Made by a program: the position numbers and the translations under genes
DNA from: a virus
Length of the DNA stretch: 64,000 nucleotides
IMG/VR virus record: IMGVR_UViG_3300021138_002011
Location: 32,001-96,000 of that record
Reading direction: 5' to 3' (one strand)
Notes under the pieces: model-generated
Database searches by the model: none
What the model was told of the DNA's origin: nothing
The model's input: only the letters and a program-made list of their open reading frames with translations
Part shown: positions 18,327 to 26,664 of the stretch, in pieces
Numbering within the stretch: the stretch's first letter is position 1
Layout of the letters: every line of letters begins with the position of its first letter

Positions 18327-19401
18327 TTCCCATATAGGCTAAAATAGTTAGCACATCAGTTATATTTATCACTTTGTCATCTTTTTTAATTATGTCACCT
18401 TGATAATAATTTTTGCCGTTAAATTCAAATCCAGTTAATTTGTCTACATATGAGTCTATGTGTACACATGCGTTCCTGATTCCGCCCTGACTGCATGATC
18501 TTAGATCGCCAAACCATTTCTTTAAAAATGGAATCATACCAGTGTGCATGATTTCACCGCCTCTGATAGGACTTCCCAATGGTCGCAATCTGCCAATTTC
18601 CAACCCAATGCCAGCACGTTTGCTAGCATATTTTGCCATCATTTCTCCTGATGCAAAGATACTGTCTAGGTCATCGTCACTACGTATAAGCACACACGAA
18701 CTAAACTGTTTGGTTGGTGTCCCTAGTCCTGCTAATACAGGCGTGGCAAGAGTAAACAAGCCCTCTGAAGCAGACTGATAGTATTCTTTGATGTATCGCA
18801 TACGAGCATTATTTGGTTCCTCTTTATGAAAAACCGTAGCCGCAGCTATCATATACCGTATTTGTGGTGTTTCATAAATATTTTTCGTTGCACGATTTCG
18901 AACTAGATACTTTTCGATCAACTGCTCAATTGCTGCGTAACTATACTGTTCATCTTTTTCATGATCCAGCATTTCATTCATTTTGTTCCAGTCATCTTCA
19001 GTATACCAATCAAGAAGATCTGCAGTGTATAATCCCGTATCTACATTTTTTTTAACAACTGAATATAGATGAGGAACTTCATACGTACCGTATACGTCTT
19101 TTCGTAGCATACTTAAACGTTGCTTTCCTGCAACGTACTGATAGTTGGTATGCCCAATTCCTGGGTTGATGTCTACGTCAATTAAATCAACTATAGCTCG
19201 CAGTGTTATACCATCAATTTCAACAGTTGATATTCCGTTATAAAAATGCGGCTGCGCTTTGATTTCGATCATTGATTGGCTAACGTCTGCTATGTTTTTG
19301 CAAACTTTGGCAATTTGTGCTTGCCATTTACCAATGTTAAGTAACTCTCGGTGTCCGTCGCGCTTGGTGACGTAAATTTCTCCCTGTCTTTGGGCGGCCA
19401 T
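18283..19401 (-). CDS. nrdA: NrdA fragment 1 (ATP cone to GGIRNA) ending in a short IntN (C1 at 18468)
   Basis: VTKRDG ATP cone, ETPQ, LATP, QFSSCVLI and CSQGGIRNA|CVHIDSYV. Confidence 0.92.
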   Translation of the reverse strand: MAAQRQGEIYVTKRDGHRELLNIGKWQAQIAKVCKNIADVSQSMIEIKAQPHFYNGISTVEIDGITLRAIVDLIDVDINPGIGHTNYQYVAGKQRLSMLRKDVYGTYEVPHLYSVVKKNVDTGLYTADLLDWYTEDDWNKMNEMLDHEKDEQYSYAAIEQLIEKYLVRNRATKNIYETPQIRYMIAAATVFHKEEPNNARMRYIKEYYQSASEGLFTLATPVLAGLGTPTKQFSSCVLIRSDDDLDSIFASGEMMAKYASKRAGIGLEIGRLRPLGSPIRGGEIMHTGMIPFLKKWFGDLRSCSQGGIRNACVHIDSYVDKLTGFEFNGKNYYQGDIIKKDDKVINITDVLTILAYMGSDDERDAYLQNLLG

Positions 19402-19487
19402 GTTTTGTCCTCTTTCAAATATTTTGATAACTGTTATGAGCAGCTAAGCTCGAGAGCTGAGTATTTACGCGTCATAAAGTCGCATCG

Positions 19488-20012
19488 TTATTTTTTTATT
19501 ATATTACCAACCGATGCAATAGTCCTAGATTTTAATAGGAAATGATGGTTGTCTTGGTAATCATATATCTGCTGTATGTTGTATGTTTTTGTAACTGTTT
19601 GATTATCAATTACTTTTTGATACTCTAAATTTAATAACCATCTGTTATCAACACTCAAAATAATTCTCTGTATTGCGCGAATTTGATCGCTTACAAGAAT
19701 AAGTTGTAGTCTATTGCCGATCCATCTAGCATCTTGTGACAACAGCAACGTATAAAACATTCCTACTGCAACGGCACTTTCGTCAAATATGTTATTGTGT
19801 ATAAAAGTCCAAGGATCGGGCCAAGATTTCGGCTCATCCCAGTCAAGTGTTCTCACTGATATTGGAGCATTACTCCAAAACTGTGTAACTAATTCCAAAT
19901 GTTGTTTATCCGACAAACCATCTGTTAAATTTTTGCGTAATTCTTTCCAACAACTCATAAAAGATTTAGAATTATCATTCATAAACTTAATATGTTCCAG
20001 AAAATCTTCCAT
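19488..20012 (-). CDS. Hypothetical protein
   Basis: 174-aa ORF with RBS. Confidence 0.7.
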   Translation of the reverse strand: MEDFLEHIKFMNDNSKSFMSCWKELRKNLTDGLSDKQHLELVTQFWSNAPISVRTLDWDEPKSWPDPWTFIHNNIFDESAVAVGMFYTLLLSQDARWIGNRLQLILVSDQIRAIQRIILSVDNRWLLNLEYQKVIDNQTVTKTYNIQQIYDYQDNHHFLLKSRTIASVGNIIKK

Positions 20013-20158
20013 ATGTCACCTATTGTATAGTAATAACTTAATGCACTATTTTTATGAGTGAATCAATTAATTGTTAGTGGTTGGATTCTAAACGACTTTA
20101 GACCAGGATCTACAGTTTTTGACAGCATTGACAACAATTTATAGATGTGAAAAAGGTG

Positions 20159-22756
20159 TCATGTTACGTTTACCAACGATGTTGCATCGGCTGTAGGAGT
20201 ATCTATACCGTTGCCTGTATGCGAACCTACGGTACCGATGATCAACGACAACTGGACAGAGTCGTAACTATAGGTTGTGTTATTGGTTGATACAGCACCA
20301 TTTGCGTTTAGTACAGCGCTGCCTTTGGCCAAATAACCAGATCCGGTTGAATGGTCACTTTCTGCCAAGTAGCAGTTAAGATATCCTTTGTTTGTTGACG
20401 CATAATTTGCAGTCTCTGTGGTTGTGCCATTATACGACCCGGTGGAGGATGTAGCATCTACAGAACCGCCATTTAATGCCAAATAGCCATATTGCAAGTT
20501 GTGAGAACCATTTGTGTTCATGGCCCACATACTGCCGTTAGTCTCGGCTGCAAACCCCGCTATATAGTTGTAAATGGCAAATCCATTGTTGGCAACTATG
20601 CTGCCCATTTCTGCCAAAAATCCATATCCAAGATTTTGTGAACTATCTCCACAATAGGCAGCATGAGCGTATCTTGCTTCAATTGCACCGCCGTTAAATG
20701 CGTGGAAACCTACGTCGCCTGCATCTGCAACATATGGTCCAGTTGATCCGTTATTTTGGCAATAGATATGACCACCAAGTTCTGCGCGCATACCGTAATA
20801 AAATTTATTGATATAAATGTTAGCCCCTACAACAATATTGCCACCTGCGTAGGCCCAGATTCCAAAACCATATGGATTTATTCCAGCATTCCAGGTATAA
20901 GTCCCTGTCCATCCATCTAGTGCGTTTATTGTAAAGCCATCTAGCAATCCAAGACTTTTGTCGTTTTTAATCAAGAATGCTGGGCTATAGTTGGCCTGAT
21001 AAAACTGAAGAACCACGTTTGCCGGCGTGGTTGTGTTGCCAATAATTTGTATTTGCGCACCTTGAGGATGTGTTATTTCAATTGGAACAGGCGATCCCGA
21101 GCTACCATATGTATATGTTCCATCTGCTACTTGTATTGTAACAACAGCACCGTTGTTAATCACTCTGTCATTTAGGTAATTAAGAGCTACTTTTATATCA
21201 GAAAACTGTGCAGGTACATGTAGTGTGCATGATGCACTTACATCGCCTATAGGTATTAGGCCACCGGCATAGCTAAAACTGCCAGGTCCATATAGCTGTG
21301 TTCCATAACTTAATGCGGAACTTGTTACAAGATATATAGTCTGTGGCGCATAAACTAGCGACCCGGTAGCTGCTGCTGCAACAAATGCCGCAGTATCGTC
21401 AGTGGTGCCGTCTCCAACAGCTCCGTAATCTTTAACATTTACAACATCGGCAAATCTGTTGGCCAGGGTTCTGGCCACAGCGGTACCTGTAGTAATAACA
21501 GTTGCAGAACTGGCATTACTGGAGGAATTGAATACTCCACTGTAACCTGAATATCCACTTGTACCCGATACACCCGTTAAATTAGTTTGCTGCGCGTCAA
21601 CAATTATATTTGTTGTTCCACTATCTATCACGCCTGGTGCAGTAGAAAATACGTCGCCCATACTGCCATTGAGTACAGATGCTGTGCCCCAATAAATGCT
21701 TTTAACGGATGTTGGTGTTCCTACGCTTTTAAATGTGTTGCCAATGCTTGTAACGCCCGGATTACTGCTGGCATCGCCTACATAAATTCCGTAATTGCTA
21801 ATGCTATAAAATTTTGTTTGTGTAACAGTTGTGTACTCAGGTCCGTTGTGTACAGGTGTTAAGCCAGCTACAATGCCTCTATACAGTTGATGTAGCGTAC
21901 AACGACTTAGGGTTGTGTATGCAACAGGGTCATTCATTAAAACGGCATTGGTAAACCCTTGTATATCACAATCTACAAGCTGCAAATCATGAGTGAATAC
22001 TGCATTGCCTATGCTGCTGCAGGTAAACGCAGAATCTGTTCCGGCAGAATTGCCGGCTACCCATCCACCTATTGCATTTACTCTCTCGTATCTAATGTGC
22101 GAGTATCTGGTTGAGTGCACCGCGCTAATTTGTTGTGAATTTGTACTGATAGTGATGTCACGTATGTGTATCTTGGTCGGAAGAACTGCGCCATTTAAAC
22201 CGATATTGGCTCCAGTTTGTCCGAGGCTGTCTACTGTTTCTAGCATATATTGCATAGATGTATCTGCCGCAGCAAGAATTGTTGTTCCGTTGTTGCCGTC
22301 ACCTATTATGCTCAAATACGGATACAGCAACAGTGTACTGTTTATTAGATAAGTACCTGCTGGAAAAAAGATCGAAACCGCAGTGTTGTTGGAAGCAGGG
22401 TATCCTTTAAGAAGTTCTGAAATGGCAGCATTAATCGCAGGGGCGTCGTCTGTTATGCCGTCGCCTGTTGCACCAAAGTCTTTAATGCTAGCAATATCGT
22501 CTAATTTTGCATGCAGCGTGCGCGAGATAGCAGATGAAAGATTTATGCCATTAGCACTATAAATTGTAGTTATCAATTCGTCGTTTTGGCTGTAGGCAGT
22601 TAACACCTCGGTGTTTGCTCCATACCCATTAGAATTGCCTATAAACAACTGCCGCGTATCAAGGCACCAACCAAACTCGCCTTCTGCTAGAGAAGCTGGT
22701 AAATCAGCATATAAACCTCTACGGTTTTGTAGTCTTGCAATTGTTTGGATGGCCAT
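20159..22756 (-). CDS. Virion fibre/tailspike-like protein with two pectate-lyase-type beta-helix modules
   Basis: N-terminal RRG..LPASLAEGEFGW..LFIGN; IKDFGATGDGITDD and VKDYGAVGDGTTDD; G/N/Y/A-rich beta-helix repeats. Confidence 0.75.
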   Translation of the reverse strand: MAIQTIARLQNRRGLYADLPASLAEGEFGWCLDTRQLFIGNSNGYGANTEVLTAYSQNDELITTIYSANGINLSSAISRTLHAKLDDIASIKDFGATGDGITDDAPAINAAISELLKGYPASNNTAVSIFFPAGTYLINSTLLLYPYLSIIGDGNNGTTILAAADTSMQYMLETVDSLGQTGANIGLNGAVLPTKIHIRDITISTNSQQISAVHSTRYSHIRYERVNAIGGWVAGNSAGTDSAFTCSSIGNAVFTHDLQLVDCDIQGFTNAVLMNDPVAYTTLSRCTLHQLYRGIVAGLTPVHNGPEYTTVTQTKFYSISNYGIYVGDASSNPGVTSIGNTFKSVGTPTSVKSIYWGTASVLNGSMGDVFSTAPGVIDSGTTNIIVDAQQTNLTGVSGTSGYSGYSGVFNSSSNASSATVITTGTAVARTLANRFADVVNVKDYGAVGDGTTDDTAAFVAAAATGSLVYAPQTIYLVTSSALSYGTQLYGPGSFSYAGGLIPIGDVSASCTLHVPAQFSDIKVALNYLNDRVINNGAVVTIQVADGTYTYGSSGSPVPIEITHPQGAQIQIIGNTTTPANVVLQFYQANYSPAFLIKNDKSLGLLDGFTINALDGWTGTYTWNAGINPYGFGIWAYAGGNIVVGANIYINKFYYGMRAELGGHIYCQNNGSTGPYVADAGDVGFHAFNGGAIEARYAHAAYCGDSSQNLGYGFLAEMGSIVANNGFAIYNYIAGFAAETNGSMWAMNTNGSHNLQYGYLALNGGSVDATSSTGSYNGTTTETANYASTNKGYLNCYLAESDHSTGSGYLAKGSAVLNANGAVSTNNTTYSYDSVQLSLIIGTVGSHTGNGIDTPTADATSLVNVT

Positions 22757-22840
22757 GTTGATTTACGCTCCGATATGTAGAATATTTACCTGCAAAATCT
22801 TTATACTTGACTTGAATGTTAAACTTGTTATAAAACAACT

Positions 22841-24007
22841 ATGCCATGTGAACCCGCAACACATACCGTAGATATAAGCAATCTGACTAATGCAGAACTG
22901 GTCGGTCTACATACATTGTTTGTGGATAAAGGATTTGATATCCGGTTCGTAGGTGGGTGTGTTAGAGATTTTCTTGTAGGACACACACCCAATGACATCG
23001 ATCTCTGCACAGATGCCAATCCGACAGAACAAATTGAAATTTATCAAGCTGCGAATATTCGTTATATTACAACAGGATTGCAACACGGCACTGTTTCTGT
23101 TGTGTTGAATAACATAACTTATGAAATTACCAGCTTGCGTCGAGATGAGAAAACTGATGGACGACATGCCACTGTGGCGTATACCCGCGATTGGTACACA
23201 GATTCAGAGAGGAGAGACTTTACTATCAATGCTATGAGCTTGACATTTAATGGCAAGCTAATTGACTACTTTAATGGTCTCGACGACCTGCACAATGGCC
23301 TTGTTGTATTCGTAGGCAATGCCGAGCAACGCATCCAGGAAGACTATCTTCGTATATTGAGGTGGTTTCGCTTCAGGGGGCGTTTTGGTATGAGCATGAG
23401 TTATTCTGCAAGGCGTGCTGTTGAAAAACACGCATCAGGTCTTGCATCCATTAGTCGCGAACGTGTATGGAGCGAGATTAGCAGTATTTTGTCCGGCAAT
23501 GACGGTCCCTACATTGTGATTGAAATGAAATCTCTTGGGATTTATCCACATATAAACCTAGGCGACATGCATGGCGACATTCTAGTATCGCAAAAAACAC
23601 ATGCCATTACCAGGAATCCTGTCACTCTCATGGTAAGCTTGTTCCACGACCAAGCATACAGAGTACTTGAAAATTGGAAAGCCAGCCGAGACGATCAGGA
23701 CTTGGCAAGATGGTTAGCTCTTGAAGAATGGTCTAACATCTCTCCATACAACTGGATGGCAGTTTCGGGTATTAGTAGAGAATGGGCAATGGAACTTGCT
23801 GCGCTTAGAGAGATGGATGCGTTTGATAGAGCTGTATTAGCAGAATGGGAGGTCCCAACGTTTCCTGTGTCTGGCAATGATATTATTGCTCTAGGAGTAG
23901 CTCAGGGTCCAGAAGTTGGTAAAATTCTAAGTGCTCTTAAATTATTATGGTCACAAAACAACTACGTACCAACGAAGCAGGAATTGCTCGATACTGTTAA
24001 TATCTAG
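22841..24007 (+). CDS. cca: CCA tRNA nucleotidyltransferase (class II)
   Basis: VGGCVRD, DIDL, EITSLR, RRDFTINAM and EDYLRILR. Confidence 0.88.
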   Translation: MPCEPATHTVDISNLTNAELVGLHTLFVDKGFDIRFVGGCVRDFLVGHTPNDIDLCTDANPTEQIEIYQAANIRYITTGLQHGTVSVVLNNITYEITSLRRDEKTDGRHATVAYTRDWYTDSERRDFTINAMSLTFNGKLIDYFNGLDDLHNGLVVFVGNAEQRIQEDYLRILRWFRFRGRFGMSMSYSARRAVEKHASGLASISRERVWSEISSILSGNDGPYIVIEMKSLGIYPHINLGDMHGDILVSQKTHAITRNPVTLMVSLFHDQAYRVLENWKASRDDQDLARWLALEEWSNISPYNWMAVSGISREWAMELAALREMDAFDRAVLAEWEVPTFPVSGNDIIALGVAQGPEVGKILSALKLLWSQNNYVPTKQELLDTVNI

Positions 24008-24342
24008 TTGATTTAACAGACTTTTAATATTGTAATCCAGCAATTATTGAGTACATGCTGCTATACAGTTAAACCGTCTCATTCAATACTATGTGCCCAT
24101 GCAGCAATTAACAGAGGATCTTCACGGTCCTGTGTTTTGTGCTGTATTTGATTCTAGACAGTTGGCAGAGTCTGTGCAACATCTATACGCTGTTATACGG
24201 AAATTAAAGTTGTCAAACAAAGGTGACAAAAATTAGATGACGTACCAAAGTCGATAGTCGGCTGGGCGTCATATATTGCAAACAAGCCAGTATCTATAAA
24301 CGATGTTAACGAAACATTAGATACGTTTGAAGATTGGTTAGA

Positions 24343-25029
24343 TCATAATAAATTGTAATACTGCGCCACTCGCTGCCACCAACGAGCAGTAAATTCTTCA
24401 AACTCGGCACCGTGTAACACCCAATGTTGAGGAGCATAGTCTTTTGAACACATTAGAATTACCCCCTGTTTAATATCTGTTCCGTATATTGCATTGTGCG
24501 CTGCGGCATAGGCTACTAACTGTGTTTTATAGTCAACTACTCGGTCATCTGTTTTAGGCCGATTAGTTTGTTTAAAATCAACAATGCTGGGCACACCTTT
24601 ATACACACCAAGCACGTCGGTAGTTCCTGCATACAACTCTGGATAGTAAAGATTAACTTCTAGACCCCACACTTCGTCTAGACACGGCCTAAGATAGTTT
24701 TCCAATATGACTTCTGCCATTTTAGAACTCTGCTTGTGATAAAAATTTGTACCAGGCTTAGGATTTTCGCCCTTTAGGTATCTTTCTAAAAACGAATGCA
24801 TAAGTGTGCCTCGAAATGCAGCTTCCTTGGTAATTTCGTCTGCCTTTTTTTCACCTATGCTGCGTCGCCACGCATCGAGTGCTTTTTTAGACTCTTCTGA
24901 TTTTGTTTTATCTAAAATAGTTGTAACCGACGGCAGTTTGCTTCCATGTGGGTCTACATACTTGCGACCGTCTTGACCACCGTCTTCTCTAACAAGTGGA
25001 GTATACTGGAATTTGTTTGATAGTATCAT
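24343..25029 (-). CDS. PD-(D/E)xK exonuclease (Cas4/lambda exonuclease-like)
   Basis: LPSVTTIL, RGTLMH, YAGTTD, IVDFKQ and QLVAYA. Confidence 0.85.
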   Translation of the reverse strand: MILSNKFQYTPLVREDGGQDGRKYVDPHGSKLPSVTTILDKTKSEESKKALDAWRRSIGEKKADEITKEAAFRGTLMHSFLERYLKGENPKPGTNFYHKQSSKMAEVILENYLRPCLDEVWGLEVNLYYPELYAGTTDVLGVYKGVPSIVDFKQTNRPKTDDRVVDYKTQLVAYAAAHNAIYGTDIKQGVILMCSKDYAPQHWVLHGAEFEEFTARWWQRVAQYYNLL

Positions 25030-25062
25030 GTTTCTAATATTGTTGGTGTACCTGTCGAATAA

Positions 25063-25566
25063 CTATATTGTTTTCCCTAGTTTGTTAAGCCGTTCATGTT
25101 CTAATTTGTGCAAATCTGCAACAGTACCATCTGTAACATACACGCTGCACGCAATCATTTTTTTGTCAATGTCTCCTGTTACTTTTAACAGATTATTGCT
25201 TATTAAAATTTTGTTGTTGTACAGGTGCGCCCAGTACCAGCCGCACCTGGCGTTTAGCTCAGTGCTGCCTACCGGAATCCAAAAATCGTCTGTTGAAATT
25301 GTATAAATTTTACAAGGCACGTCTAGCCCGCTGTTAGTTGTCTTGCTAACAGCTTCCATTTTATCTGCTATTTTTTCAGCTATGGTAACTTTCTTTTGCT
25401 CAGCACCAAACTGATTGATCAAAAGTAGCCCGCGAATTACGTCAGGCTTTTCGTTTAATAGTTTAATCTCATCTTCGGTCATATATACCGATTTTGCAAC
25501 AAGTTCCTTTATTCTAGGTTTTTTGCTAGCCAGCAGCAGGGTGTCAGGGCTGTACATGCTTCTCAT
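25063..25566 (-). CDS. Hypothetical protein
   Basis: 167-aa ORF within the operon. Confidence 0.65.
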   Translation of the reverse strand: MRSMYSPDTLLLASKKPRIKELVAKSVYMTEDEIKLLNEKPDVIRGLLLINQFGAEQKKVTIAEKIADKMEAVSKTTNSGLDVPCKIYTISTDDFWIPVGSTELNARCGWYWAHLYNNKILISNNLLKVTGDIDKKMIACSVYVTDGTVADLHKLEHERLNKLGKTI

Positions 25567-25576
25567 ATAATATATT

Positions 25577-26260
25577 TCACCATTGTAGAACCCAAGTGAA
25601 AGTATTGCCAGTACTGGTGTTGACTATACGATTGACAATATAACCCATTGATGCAAAATAGTTAATTACAGCGTTCATTTGGGTATTGTACGGAGGCGAC
25701 AACAACGGATTACTCATATTTGTTCCTTGCCATGCACCATAGTAATCTTGACTAGGATAGTATGCGTAAACGTAAAATGTTCCCGAGCCGACAGTAGTTA
25801 ATGTAATTGCAATTGGTCTTGGTTGAATTGCATTAGCATAGCTGGATGCTAGCATAATGGTATTTGTGTCTACGTAGATAACATAGTAGTATGTTGCCTG
25901 AGCTAGTGGAGACGGCAAACTGACTGTGCTGCTAACTGTGACAATATCCCCTGTGTTAAAAGGATGGTTAGTAATAGTCAGCATATTACCCGAAACAGTC
26001 CAGGTAAGTGGCGTAAACGGAGTGCTATAAGTCATAAGTGTGCCGTTTGACACCTGAGTCTGATACACCCCTTGCCCTATTGCAGCAAACACAGCTTGTT
26101 GAAGAGCATTGGTCTCCTTATTAATTGCTTCCTCTCCAGGCAGCGAACTTCTGGCGTCTATTGCATTATAAAATACCGGACTTGGCGGCGGGGATGGGTT
26201 ATATGCATAGTTATAGTAAAAACTAGTTTGATAATTGGCATTATTAAGCGCGCAAGACAT
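25577..26260 (-). CDS. Putative virion structural protein
   Basis: T/S/N/Y-rich; NHPFNTGDIV..LPSPL..YYVIYVD module typical of phage structural proteins. Confidence 0.6.
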   Translation of the reverse strand: MSCALNNANYQTSFYYNYAYNPSPPPSPVFYNAIDARSSLPGEEAINKETNALQQAVFAAIGQGVYQTQVSNGTLMTYSTPFTPLTWTVSGNMLTITNHPFNTGDIVTVSSTVSLPSPLAQATYYYVIYVDTNTIMLASSYANAIQPRPIAITLTTVGSGTFYVYAYYPSQDYYGAWQGTNMSNPLLSPPYNTQMNAVINYFASMGYIVNRIVNTSTGNTFTWVLQW

Positions 26261-26295
26261 TTTATTCGGTCCTCATAATATGGTTACAATTGTTT

Positions 26296-26661
26296 TTACA
26301 ACGACAGTTCACCGGATTTCACTGCTTTGTCTGCTGCTTTTTCTGCAGTCTTATCAATCTTTTGTTGTTCCTTTTCCTCAGCTTTGTCGCTTAAAGGATC
26401 GGGAATGGTAGTTTTGAGCTTGATATGCTCAGGCCCACTTCGTTCTACTACGTCGATAAAAGGTGGTTTTGACAACACATTCATCAAGTTGTCGGCATCA
26501 ACGTCGTGATCTAAGCTGCGCATATATCTAACCGCGCCGTTGGGCCCGCTCATAGGAGCCCAAGGACTGTTTTTGTTGCGATACATAACAATGAAATCCA
26601 TAAGATCATTGTTGATATCTTGTATAACTGCACTTTCAAAAAGTATTTCTTTAATTAACAC
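26296..26661 (-). CDS. Hypothetical protein, probably head-associated
   Basis: N-terminus MLIKEILFE. Confidence 0.6.
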   Translation of the reverse strand: MLIKEILFESAVIQDINNDLMDFIVMYRNKNSPWAPMSGPNGAVRYMRSLDHDVDADNLMNVLSKPPFIDVVERSGPEHIKLKTTIPDPLSDKAEEKEQQKIDKTAEKAADKAVKSGELSL

Positions 26662-26664
26662 GTA

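Noticed and set aside
24343-25029. Cas4-like gene as part of a CRISPR-Cas system
   Set aside because: No repeat-spacer array and no other cas genes were seen; stand-alone exonucleases of this type are common in T4-like phages.
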